DNA of 64,000 bases from positions 576,001 to 640,000 of the forward strand of contig CP009479.1 of assembly GCA_000965745.1 (NCBI GenBank), given 5' to 3'. Below, piece after piece: positions 40,719 through 49,730 of this stretch. Every line of letters begins with the position of its first letter. Position 1 is the first letter of the stretch. This DNA comes from an uncultured archaeon. Its GTDB lineage: Archaea; Thermoplasmatota; Thermoplasmata; Thermoplasmatales; Thermoplasmataceae. The notes beneath the pieces are model-generated. The model saw nothing but the letters and a program-made list of their open reading frames with translations. It ran no database searches and was not told the origin of the DNA. The position numbers and the translations under genes were made by a program.

Positions 40719-41867
40719 GTGGCCAAAACATTTACCGTTGAGGTGGTTCCCCTGGTCTTAACCTGGTTGAGAACCAGTGCGGGTTGGGAAGTAGAGGAAG
40801 TTGCCAAGAAACTCCGCACATCTGTAGAAGTGGTAAAAGATCTGGAATCTGGAAAAAGGAATCCGACTATGGGCCAATTGAATATCCTTTCAGAAACCTA
40901 CAAAAGGCCAATTGCATCATTCTTTCTGTCAAAACCAAAGCAAGAGAGGCCGATGCCCAAAGATTACAGATTCCTACCCAACAAGACTAACATATTCGAC
41001 CGCAAAACCATCCTTGCCATCCGAAGAACCAGGAGTCTTCAGAATCTGAGCAAAGAACTGTCCCTTAATATCAATTATGCCACGGAGACTGAAATCAAAA
41101 AGTCAAGAATAACCGATAATCCAGAACTCATTGCTTCAGAGTACCGGGAGATATTGAATTTTGACATTGAAAAGCAAAGGAAGTTCAGAGACGCGTACAA
41201 GATGATGGGCCATCTAAGAGACGTGCTTGAAGACCTTAATATTCTGGTTTTTCAGTTCTCCATGCCGATTGAGGATGCAAGAGGATTTGCCTTAGCAGAT
41301 GAAACTCCAAACATTATAGTGATAAACTCGAAGGATAGCATCGAAGCTCGGTTGTTCACTTTAATGCATGAATTTGGACACATAATCCTAGGAGAGACCG
41401 TAATAGACCTCCCAGAAGAGTCTTTGCAGGCTAGAAGCAACATTGAGGCCTGGTGCAACTCTTTCTCATCGGCTTTCCTGTTGCCAAAGGAGGTTTCAAT
41501 TGATTTATTCAACAAAAGCAAGCATAATCTCACTGAGACGGACACCCTGAATACTCTGTCTAAGAGATATAAGGCAAGTAAGGCAGTTCTTCTGGTGAAG
41601 ATGGTAAATCTAAATTACATTTCAAGGCAAGAATTTGAGTCAGTGCTTGCCAGATACACTCCAAAGGAAACAAAAGTGGAGAAGAAAGAGAAGCAGGTTA
41701 TGGGAATGGCATCCGATCAGAGGTGCCTTTCAGAGGTGGGTAATAAATTCGTATCTCTCGTTGCCAATAACTTCGACAGGGAGTTCATAACTTACAATGA
41801 TGCCCTCAGCTTCTTATCCATAAAATCGAGAAACTTTGATAAAGTCCTGGCAAGAGCGAGAAAATGA
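40719..41867 (+). CDS. XRE-HTH plus ImmA/IrrE Zn metallopeptidase
   Basis: N-terminal HTH (LESGKRNPT); RLFTLMHEFGH (HExxH); E.WCN.F...FL.P. Confidence 0.9.
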   Translation: MAKTFTVEVVPLVLTWLRTSAGWEVEEVAKKLRTSVEVVKDLESGKRNPTMGQLNILSETYKRPIASFFLSKPKQERPMPKDYRFLPNKTNIFDRKTILAIRRTRSLQNLSKELSLNINYATETEIKKSRITDNPELIASEYREILNFDIEKQRKFRDAYKMMGHLRDVLEDLNILVFQFSMPIEDARGFALADETPNIIVINSKDSIEARLFTLMHEFGHIILGETVIDLPEESLQARSNIEAWCNSFSSAFLLPKEVSIDLFNKSKHNLTETDTLNTLSKRYKASKAVLLVKMVNLNYISRQEFESVLARYTPKETKVEKKEKQVMGMASDQRCLSEVGNKFVSLVANNFDREFITYNDALSFLSIKSRNFDKVLARARK

Positions 41868-42355
41868 CTTCCAATAACTACATAATGGACACATCTTCGT
41901 TGGTAGAACTCAATAGACATAATCCAATAGATGTGTTTCCAAGTGTATGGAATAATTTGGAATCACTTTCAAAGAAAGGTCTCCTAGTGGCCCCGGCAGA
42001 GGTACTCTCAGAGGTTAAGGAAAGGGACGATGAGCTTGCATCCTGGGCAAAGAGGAATAACAGTATATTCCAACCGCCAACGAAGAAACAGATTGAAATA
42101 TTGAAGGACATATTAAAAAATTATCCGGCGTTAGTTAAAGAAGACAGAAAATACGATGCTGATGCCTGGGTGGTAGCACTTGCGGTAGAAATGGCTACGG
42201 GCTCTCAACAAACTCTGATCCAGATAAAAAGAATAGTTGTCACGGAAGAAAAGTTTCGTGGAGACAAAATAAGGATACCATATGTGTGCCAGAAGTACAG
42301 TATTGAATCCATCGGCATAATCGAGATGTTCAGGATAGAAGGGTGGAAATTCTAG
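41864..42355 (+). CDS. PIN-like protein (DUF4411-type)
   Basis: YIMDTS, EV..E, ADAWVVALA, VVTEE, IPYVC; overlaps the ImmA gene. Confidence 0.8.
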   Translation: MTSNNYIMDTSSLVELNRHNPIDVFPSVWNNLESLSKKGLLVAPAEVLSEVKERDDELASWAKRNNSIFQPPTKKQIEILKDILKNYPALVKEDRKYDADAWVVALAVEMATGSQQTLIQIKRIVVTEEKFRGDKIRIPYVCQKYSIESIGIIEMFRIEGWKF

Positions 42356-42364
42356 GGTGATGTT

Positions 42365-45300
42365 ATGGCGCTGCACAAAGAGATAATAGACAACAGTGAT
42401 GGCAATAAACTGGTCAGCTTCTTAAATGACGCACTGAAAGAAAATGGCAAAGGCAACTTTGACATTGCAACCGCTTTTTTTAACATAGGTGGTTTTGCCA
42501 TGATCAAGGATAGCCTTGACCAATCAGTAAAATTTAGACTCTTATTGGGCAAGGCACCAGAGATCCAGAACGATACAACCTTAGGAGATGTCTTACTTGA
42601 GGAGATAAAGAAAGAAGTGGAGGGATTTGACCTTTCAAAGGACTCCGATACAACTGTAAGGCTTTTTATCGAGTTCCTGAAACGAGACAACGTACAAGTG
42701 AGACTTTTTGAGAAATTTCTTCATGGAAAGGCCTATATTTTCGATGATCGGATAGTCATAGGCTCTTCCAATTTCACCGGTGCTGGACTTACTAGATATG
42801 GTGAGCTGAACACCTGGAGGCAGGAATCCCAGGCCATCTACGCCAGAAAAGAATGGTTTGACAAGTTTTGGGCTGAATCGATAGATTTCAAGAAGGATTT
42901 GATAGAGCTCCTCGAAAACTCAAGATTTGGCAGTAAAGAGTATTCCCCCTATGAAATTTACATAAAAACACTCTATGAAATGCAGAAAGAAGACATAAAG
43001 GAGGGACAAAAGGAAGAAAAGCCAAGTGGGATGCCTGAGACTAAAGTAAATTTAGCACAATTCCAAGAAGACGCCATAGCCAGAATATGGACCAGGATGA
43101 AGAAATATGGTGGATGCATAGTAGCGGACTCAGTAGGATTAGGTAAAACGTGGATCGCAAAGAAGGTCCTAGAGCAAATAGGTTACTATGAACGGAAAAA
43201 CATACTGGTTGTCTGCCCGGCTCAGCTTCGAGAGATGTGGAGAGGTGAGCTCAAGAAAATAGATACTAAAGAGAACATACTTTCACAGGAAGACCTTGCA
43301 TCGGAAAACTACCTAGAGAAAGCAAAAAGAACTCTTGGCGGACGCCTGGATAACGTAGAGTTAATTGTTGTCGACGAAAGCCATAACTTCAGGAATCCTT
43401 TGTCAAATAGATGGGAGAACTTTTTCTCTCTCGTGAACGATAACGTTTCAAGTTCGGGTAACAAGCCCTATATTTTGTTTCTTACAGCAACCCCAATCAA
43501 TAACACTCCTTGGGACCTTTATTGGCAAATTATGCTTCTCGTATTGATGGATAGATCCGCCTTTATCAAAGAGAACATACCAGATCTGTTCAAATACTTC
43601 AGAGAGGCCAAAGACAACCCTTCGCTGCTAAATGACCTCTTAAATGAGATATCTATCCGAAGAACCAGGGACTATATCATTGAAAACTATCCTGACGCAT
43701 ATATAGTCGTCGAGATGCCCAATGGTGAGTCTGAAGAGCGCAAGATTACATTCCCTAAACGAGTTCTTGAAAATGTCAATTACAAACTGGACACCGCGTA
43801 CAAGGGAATGTACAAGGAAATATCAGACACGCTTACCGAAAAACTTACCATGGCATATTACCGTATACTGGAATATAGGAAAGAAGGCGTCAAGACAGAG
43901 GAAGAGAGACTGGCTCTGGGAAGAATGATTGCTATAGGCGGCATCTTTAGGACGATATTGCTAAAGAGGTTGGAAAGCAGCGTAGATTCATTCAGAAAAA
44001 GTATATCCAACCACATTCAATTTCTTGAAAAGTTGAAACTCTACCTCAAAGTTGGAAAACTGCTGACCAAAGAGAGTTACATAAAGTACATGCTCAGGTC
44101 TTACGACGAATTGGAAGACGGAGATATAAGGGAGATTCTTGATGATTTCAAACTCGCTGAATATCGTATTGACGACCTGTTCCATGACATTGATATTGAT
44201 ATAGACTTGCTAAACAACATTTTGGGGAAGGTTAAGAAAATAAAACCTGCTGATGATTCAAAACTCAACGTACTAAAGGAAAAGCTCCTTGAGCTATCCA
44301 AAGATAAAGATGGACAGATTGTTCTTTTTACATATTATGCAGACACCCTCAACTACATTTATGAAGAAATTGCCAACGATAAACGGTTCTCAAAACTCAA
44401 AATAGAGGCCATATCTAGCTCTGGAACAACAAGCAAGAGCCCTGTTCAGCGCGAAGAGATAATTAAGAGATTTTTTGAGAAGAATGTCGACATCATACTC
44501 AGTACAGACGTTCTTTCTGAGGGCCAGAATCTTCAGACAGCAAAGTACCTGATCAATTACGACCTGCACTGGAACCCCACGAGAATGATACAAAGGGCAG
44601 GTAGGATTGACAGAATTGGCTCTCCATACATGGAGATATATGTTTACAATTTCTTCCCGGAAGATGAACTTGAAGAGCTCCTTAAGTTGGTGCAAGCTCT
44701 GCAAAGCAAGATTATCGATATAGATGATTCCGTGGGCCTCGATCAGACAGTTCTAGGGGAGGAGATACATCCAAAGGTTTTTGGCATAATTAGACGCATT
44801 AGAGGAAAGGATGAAAGACTGTTCACGGAATTAGAAGCAGACCTATTCGGTGGAGGAGAGCTTTTTTACCAACCCCTGAAAGATTTCCTGAAGGACAAGG
44901 GCGTAGAGGAGCTAGAAAAGATTCCATTCGGCGTATTTAGTGGGCTAAAGAAGGAAAGAATTTCTGGCATATTCTTCTACTACGAGTATGAGAACGACTT
45001 TCATTTCTGGTATTTGTATGATATCAAGACGGGTAGCACTCTGACAAGTAAGACTGACATTTTGGACTATATAAAATGCAAGAGGGATGAAGAACGCGAG
45101 ATTCCGTCTTTCTTTGAGAAGGTCTACGATACAAACAAGCTTATCCTGGAGGAGATTGAAAGAACATACAAAGAGATAGAGCTTAGCAACACGCAGGATT
45201 CACAGCTAAAGGAACTCAATAGGTCTAACAGTACTAAATTTATCAAGAAAATGATAGATGAAATTGAGATACAGTTAACTGAATACCTGTATGAGTATCC

Positions 45301-45547
45301 CAATGATACTTCAGTTGAGCATGTATGGGAACAGATCAAGTCAAAATTACTCTCCCTGCCACCCACAAAGAAAAGGCTTCAGGCCCTCAGACAAATATGG
45401 AAATCCTACAAGAAGGACAACGACTGGAAGAAGATGGTAGAAGAATTGGGCAACTTCATGACTGAAAAGGGCATTTTCAAGAAGACAGAGATAGAGCCAT
45501 TCGACGCTTCCAGGCTCAGATTGGTGACCATGGACTTCATCTCATAA
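42365..45547 (+). CDS. PLD-nuclease/SNF2-family helicase fusion
   Basis: HGKAYIFD plus GSSN (HKD); ADSVGLGKT, DESH, TATP, QRAGRIDRIG. Confidence 0.92.
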   Translation: MALHKEIIDNSDGNKLVSFLNDALKENGKGNFDIATAFFNIGGFAMIKDSLDQSVKFRLLLGKAPEIQNDTTLGDVLLEEIKKEVEGFDLSKDSDTTVRLFIEFLKRDNVQVRLFEKFLHGKAYIFDDRIVIGSSNFTGAGLTRYGELNTWRQESQAIYARKEWFDKFWAESIDFKKDLIELLENSRFGSKEYSPYEIYIKTLYEMQKEDIKEGQKEEKPSGMPETKVNLAQFQEDAIARIWTRMKKYGGCIVADSVGLGKTWIAKKVLEQIGYYERKNILVVCPAQLREMWRGELKKIDTKENILSQEDLASENYLEKAKRTLGGRLDNVELIVVDESHNFRNPLSNRWENFFSLVNDNVSSSGNKPYILFLTATPINNTPWDLYWQIMLLVLMDRSAFIKENIPDLFKYFREAKDNPSLLNDLLNEISIRRTRDYIIENYPDAYIVVEMPNGESEERKITFPKRVLENVNYKLDTAYKGMYKEISDTLTEKLTMAYYRILEYRKEGVKTEEERLALGRMIAIGGIFRTILLKRLESSVDSFRKSISNHIQFLEKLKLYLKVGKLLTKESYIKYMLRSYDELEDGDIREILDDFKLAEYRIDDLFHDIDIDIDLLNNILGKVKKIKPADDSKLNVLKEKLLELSKDKDGQIVLFTYYADTLNYIYEEIANDKRFSKLKIEAISSSGTTSKSPVQREEIIKRFFEKNVDIILSTDVLSEGQNLQTAKYLINYDLHWNPTRMIQRAGRIDRIGSPYMEIYVYNFFPEDELEELLKLVQALQSKIIDIDDSVGLDQTVLGEEIHPKVFGIIRRIRGKDERLFTELEADLFGGGELFYQPLKDFLKDKGVEELEKIPFGVFSGLKKERISGIFFYYEYENDFHFWYLYDIKTGSTLTSKTDILDYIKCKRDEEREIPSFFEKVYDTNKLILEEIERTYKEIELSNTQDSQLKELNRSNSTKFIKKMIDEIEIQLTEYLYEYPNDTSVEHVWEQIKSKLLSLPPTKKRLQALRQIWKSYKKDNDWKKMVEELGNFMTEKGIFKKTEIEPFDASRLRLVTMDFIS

Positions 45548-45582
45548 CTGCTTAATGCCGACGATCGTGTGAGGGTCCAATT

Positions 45583-45744
45583 CTATTGGCCCTTTGGGAT
45601 AGTATAGGTTTTATGCTCGCTCACATAGACATTAAAGTTGTTCCCGCACGATGAGCATTTATAGCGAGAAACCTCGAATACATTGAAAGACCATTTCTTC
45701 TTTGGAGAACTGTTATTTTCTTTTTCACACACCGGACACTTCAT
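45583..45744 (-). CDS. Small Zn-ribbon protein (53 aa)
   Basis: MKCPVC...YKCSSCG. Confidence 0.7.
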   Translation of the reverse strand: MKCPVCEKENNSSPKKKWSFNVFEVSRYKCSSCGNNFNVYVSEHKTYTIPKGQ

Positions 45745-45833
45745 TATTACGCTAGCTACCTTCACAACTAAAATCTTTCGATCTCGCAAACTGAGTCAAT
45801 TCAGGCTCATTGATATCCTCAATAATAGCTAAA

Positions 45834-46007
45834 TTAGAGTTCTTTTAAAAATTCCCTTGCTTTCCTGATCCTACCATTGTTGATGTCAGCCTCACTTCGC
45901 TCTAGCTGTTCCATCACATACTCATTGCTTAAGGTCTGAATAGTGGCCGCAAGGCCATTCAACCGGGATTTAGCTATGTTACCAAGCCTGAATCTGGGTG
46001 TTGCCAT
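45834..46007 (-). CDS. Small antitoxin-like protein (57 aa)
   Basis: Read by hand: ...TIQTLSNEYVMEQLERSEADINNGRIRKAREFLKEL, similar to RelB/Phd-type C-termini. Confidence 0.55.
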   Translation of the reverse strand: MATPRFRLGNIAKSRLNGLAATIQTLSNEYVMEQLERSEADINNGRIRKAREFLKEL

Positions 46008-46049
46008 TACAATTCTTATATGATTTTAGATTTAAATCGTTTTTCGTGC

Positions 46050-46460
46050 TCAGTCTCAAATTCACCCCTATCCCCTCTTTTAGCCTTCGCCCATTACCAT
46101 GTGCCCTTCGCTCGCCTTCACGCCGAGCACAGGACCCCATGCTTCAACTCCAATCAAAATTCACCCCCTATCCCCTCTTTTGATTTCCGTCTCGCACTCT
46201 TCTTTGAAGAGCCCCTCATTCGCCTTGCTCATTCAGGGTAGTGTCCTGTGCTCGCCGCTCGTGGTGTATGTGTGGTGTTACACACCTTCGCTTCGCTTGG
46301 TGTTCCACACCACCCACCGCTAACGCTTACACCACTCGGTCTTGCTACGCAAGACTTCCGGCTCGCTTCGGGCACATTAGTCTCTCCTGCAGAGTGCAAT
46401 TTGAGGGGGACAGGGGAGGGGGATTTTAGACCGCACAATCTCGCTGCGCTCAGTGCGGGA
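46050..46460. other. Extensively base-paired non-coding region (candidate single-strand origin/oriT or ncRNA)
   Basis: Nested inverted repeats 46099-106/46370-377, 46124-135/46243-254 and 46261-268/46328-335, several local hairpins, duplicated CCCCTATCCCCTCTTTT. Confidence 0.7.
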
Positions 46461-46518
46461 TAAAGACAGATACCAAATCAAAAAGAAGGTTTTTTAAGGA
46501 CTCATATGATTAAAGTTT

Positions 46519-46740
46519 ATGTATCCCCAAAGTGTAAAAGATGCTGTCAAGAAAATGCCACTAAACCGGAAAATCGATCTTGCTAATGCATTGCTCGACG
46601 CAGTGTTGAAGAAGAGAATCCAGGAGAAGGGAGAAGAACTAAGGAGCAGATTGGATATTCTTGAAAAAGAGCTTAATGAGAGATTCAACAAACAACTTGA
46701 CGACATGTTGGAGTCGTTGTTAGACAATCTGTCTGAATGA
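46519..46740 (+). CDS. Small coiled-coil hypothetical protein
   Basis: 73-aa ORF with TTTTTAAG upstream. Confidence 0.6.
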   Translation: MYPQSVKDAVKKMPLNRKIDLANALLDAVLKKRIQEKGEELRSRLDILEKELNERFNKQLDDMLESLLDNLSE

Positions 46741-46811
46741 ATCAAGACTACAAACCAGACCCGATTTCGGGTTAACGAAAGTGATTTAAGCTCTCAAAGG
46801 GTAGCTTCTTT

Positions 46812-47450
46812 ATGGAGATTTTCCTGAGTCATTCAAGAAAAGACCTGAATCTCGTTAATACCGTGAAGAAGGCTCTTGGGCTCTTGGATTATCACACCAT
46901 CGTCTACGAAGATTTACCTGAAAACCTGAGACCAGGGAAAGACTTAGACAATATTAGAAATCTCATAAGTCAAAGTCAATTGGTTTTTTTGTTCTTGACA
47001 AGTAATGTAATTTCTTTAAAACACACCCTGACCTGGGTTCAGTATGAGGACCACGTTGCATCAATGTCTAACAAACCGGTGATAGTGTTCCAAGAACAAC
47101 TCCCTGTTTCAACAACCAGCTTTCCAATTTTGTACTTTACAGATGTAATTTCTTGGGTGGGGCCCTCAGCAGATCCTATGAAAATACAGGAAATTGCCAA
47201 ATCATTTAGATCGTCTGGAGCAGTGGTTAGAGCGGTAGCTGGAGGGGCTATCGGAGCAATTTTTGGGCCAATAGGTGCTCTACTTGGGGCACTAGTTGGT
47301 TTGGCGTCAACTCCTCAAAACCCATTGCAAAACATACCAACAGTCAAGTGCCCAAATTGCAAATATACGTTCAGGTATTGGGGCAATGAAAATACCTTGT
47401 TTTACTGTCCAAATTGCCTTAAAGAATGGTTATACAAAGGTAGGAGTTAA
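46812..47450 (+). CDS. TIR-domain protein with glycine-zipper TM segment and Zn ribbon
   Basis: IFLSHS..D, WVQYE (TIR Glu position), GGAIGAIFGPIGALLGALVG, CPNC..CPNC. Confidence 0.75.
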   Translation: MEIFLSHSRKDLNLVNTVKKALGLLDYHTIVYEDLPENLRPGKDLDNIRNLISQSQLVFLFLTSNVISLKHTLTWVQYEDHVASMSNKPVIVFQEQLPVSTTSFPILYFTDVISWVGPSADPMKIQEIAKSFRSSGAVVRAVAGGAIGAIFGPIGALLGALVGLASTPQNPLQNIPTVKCPNCKYTFRYWGNENTLFYCPNCLKEWLYKGRS

Positions 47451-47451
47451 C

Positions 47452-47754
47452 ATGGTTGTTAGGGAATCTGTGGAAATAAAGGCACCGCCAGAGGAAGTTT
47501 ACAGTTTCTTGGCCAGCCTGAGCCTTAATGGATTGAAAGTATCACGTAAGATTCCGGAGATGAAAACTGTCATTATTTCTTCAGGATTATCACTATTCTC
47601 TTGGGGAGAAAGTATAGAGGCATCAGTTCAGTCGAGTCAAGCCGGATCGCTTGTTATATTAAGAGCCCAAGGGAAATCCCAACTAAACATTACTGCAGAT
47701 CCTAAAGCATTGTCTCAGAGAGTGAAAGATGCTTTGAAAGGGAGATTTGGCTAA
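47452..47754 (+). CDS. Small SRPBCC/START-like or hypothetical protein
   Basis: VEIKAPPEEVYSFL start motif; GGAG RBS; 1 bp after the TIR stop. Confidence 0.6.
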   Translation: MVVRESVEIKAPPEEVYSFLASLSLNGLKVSRKIPEMKTVIISSGLSLFSWGESIEASVQSSQAGSLVILRAQGKSQLNITADPKALSQRVKDALKGRFG

Positions 47755-47765
47755 GGTTAGTTTTT

Positions 47766-47805
47766 GGTATTCGCTTAAAACTTTAATCAAATCCCGACCG
47801 GTCCA
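47766..47805 (+). repeat. att-like site 2 (21-bp arm + tRNA-Ala 3' core); attR of the large element
   Basis: GGTATTCGCTTAAAACTTTAA-TCAAATCCCGACCGGTCCA. Confidence 0.92.
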
Positions 47806-47828
47806 CTAGTTTTTATTCATTGAGTTTT

Positions 47829-47901
47829 TATCACTGATAGATATTTAAGATATCTCTGTTAACGGATAATTATCAGTGATACATTAATAAAGTATCACTG
47901 A
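47829..47901. promoter_or_regulatory. Inverted-repeat operator around the promoter of the type IV TA-like pair
   Basis: TATCACTGATA (47829), TATCAGTGATA (47871) and TATCACTGA (47893) around the TATA-like TTTAAGA. Confidence 0.7.
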
Positions 47902-47915
47902 ATACAGATACAAAA

Positions 47916-48947
47916 ATGGATGAAGATCTAGAACCAATTTATCAGTTTATACTTGAGAAACTCCGTATTTCACCTGATGCAAAAATAGACAGGTCGTATC
48001 CGATATCTATTGGAGAAAGAGAATTACTGATAGACTTAGCAATTAAGTCCAGAGGCACTTTGACGCTTGTTGAAATTAAGTCTAGAATAAATGAAGACAC
48101 TATATACAGAATATATGCTCTTTCGCACTTAATAAGCAAACAGTTGATGGGTAAGAAAGAGATAAGATTGGTTTGTGCTGGAAAATCACTGAAGTACAGC
48201 ACCCAGGAACTTGCCGCCAGGCTTGGTGTAGAAACCCTGCTCATCCCTCCAATATTGTATCAGTACTTGTCACCTATGGTAACTGCATCTAAGGTGAATG
48301 CTCCTTTCGAACACTTAAGAGCTAGTCCGTCAAAAATTACTTCCGAAAAGGCATGGAAAATTGTCTGTTCCCTACTGACTGATAAATCATCCAACATCCT
48401 TGCTATTTCTAAGAAAACCGGTGTTTCATATGGCTGGACAAACACTGTAATTCATAAACTTGAAGAATCTGGGATAGTAACGGTCAATTACAGCTTTAGA
48501 ATCAAAGACATAGATAAGCTTTTGAATTTGGTCTCGTGGGAAAGAGCCCTTGACGACCTGCTCTTGGAGACTGTAAACACAAATTTCAGCACTGCAACCC
48601 AGTGTATAAATGAAGTCGCGTTGAATCTAAACAGGCTCGGAATAGATTATGCTTTCACGGCCCATTCGTCTGCCGTTTCATATGGTTCTTCTATAATGAA
48701 GGAAGATACAGCATATATCTACCTCCCGAACCCATCCGACAAAGAAGTTATTAGGTCCTTTTCTGAAAGAGAAGCAGTTGGAATTCGCCTGAAGGTATAC
48801 GTACCCGAAAGAGATATCATGAAATCTTCCACCATGTTTAATGGCGTTCGGATTGTTGACGTGTGCCAGAACATACTGGACCTTGCAGGATTAGGTATGG
48901 ATGGACGGATTGCCGCAAAGGATCTGGTGAATAAGTGTGGTAAATGA
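47916..48947 (+). CDS. AbiEi-like antitoxin/regulator (nuclease-like N-terminus + wHTH)
   Basis: IDLAI.....LVEIKS; wHTH ISKKTGVSYGW....IHKLEESG; YAFT; C-terminal V.IVD..Q.ILDL. Confidence 0.65.
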   Translation: MDEDLEPIYQFILEKLRISPDAKIDRSYPISIGERELLIDLAIKSRGTLTLVEIKSRINEDTIYRIYALSHLISKQLMGKKEIRLVCAGKSLKYSTQELAARLGVETLLIPPILYQYLSPMVTASKVNAPFEHLRASPSKITSEKAWKIVCSLLTDKSSNILAISKKTGVSYGWTNTVIHKLEESGIVTVNYSFRIKDIDKLLNLVSWERALDDLLLETVNTNFSTATQCINEVALNLNRLGIDYAFTAHSSAVSYGSSIMKEDTAYIYLPNPSDKEVIRSFSEREAVGIRLKVYVPERDIMKSSTMFNGVRIVDVCQNILDLAGLGMDGRIAAKDLVNKCGK

Positions 48948-49683
48948 AGAAGGTGGAGAGACCACTTTGGCCCGGGATTCATTCGAAGAGCTCAGGTACA
49001 TTTTCGACTGGAGCTCCGCTAACAGAAATTATAGGCCAGGTGATATCGTTCTCATAGGCGGATGGGCAGTCCACTCATTTAATCCTTGGAAATATTCACT
49101 CGATATCGATTTGATCGCAACTGGTCGTTTCAAGGATTCATTAAAAAGACATCTATACTCGACCCGGGATTACAGTAGAGAAAGGGATTCTGCAGGAAAT
49201 ACCTTGTTTCTAAAAAGTATAGACTCTGGAGATATTTATCTTGACTTTCTACCGAAAAAAGATCAATTCCACGGAACGGGCAAATTTCTCAATTTGATGA
49301 AAATAGAATACGAGACTGTTCCCAAAAATATTTCCCATTCCATTGAGCCTGAGTTCCAAGTCATAGTCCCAGAGATCTCAATGCTCCTCTTGCTAAAGTT
49401 AAAAGCGGCATGGGACAGATACTATGATTTATCGCTTGAAACTGCTCTGGACAAGGATCATTTGAACGAGAAGTTTACCAAGGATTGTGGCGACATCATT
49501 GCTTTACTTCAGAGTGATGCATTTCAGTTCGCCAGATTTGATTGGCTGTCTTCAATCATATCCAGATTTGATTTCTTGCGGACTTTCCTGGGGCAGGGAA
49601 TTATAGCGGATAATTCGGCTTTTGACCGTATTTCTCATAAGGAAGGCAAAGCGCTAATCAAAAGGTTATTGTCTCTTATTTGA
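48937..49683 (+). CDS. Nucleotidyltransferase (AbiEii/type IV TA toxin-like)
   Basis: VLIGGWAV, SLDIDL, LLLLKL.A, KD..DI; overlaps its partner. Confidence 0.75.
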   Translation: MVNEEGGETTLARDSFEELRYIFDWSSANRNYRPGDIVLIGGWAVHSFNPWKYSLDIDLIATGRFKDSLKRHLYSTRDYSRERDSAGNTLFLKSIDSGDIYLDFLPKKDQFHGTGKFLNLMKIEYETVPKNISHSIEPEFQVIVPEISMLLLLKLKAAWDRYYDLSLETALDKDHLNEKFTKDCGDIIALLQSDAFQFARFDWLSSIISRFDFLRTFLGQGIIADNSAFDRISHKEGKALIKRLLSLI

Positions 49684-49730
49684 TGAAACTCTAAATGGAA
49701 TGGTTGCAAGAGTTATCATAGAGACCTAAA

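Larger units (their letters stand above)
26446..47805 (+). mobile_element. tRNA-Ala-integrated plasmid-like element (~21.3 kb)
   Basis: Perfect 19-bp direct repeat TCAAATCCCGACCGGTCCA at 26446-26464 and 47787-47805; integrase beside attL; ParA, resolvase and Cdc6 inside. Confidence 0.9.

Noticed and set aside
37043-45547. Canonical DISARM or BREX
   Set aside because: No DrmA/DrmB (DUF1998) and no PglZ/BrxC in the locus.
45998-46463. Six overlapping short ORFs
   Set aside because: Low-complexity translations in several frames over a GC-rich inverted-repeat region; better explained as non-coding structure.
26446-47805. Provirus
   Set aside because: No recognisable capsid, spike or terminase; the content is plasmid-like. 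A divergent virus cannot be fully excluded without profile searches.
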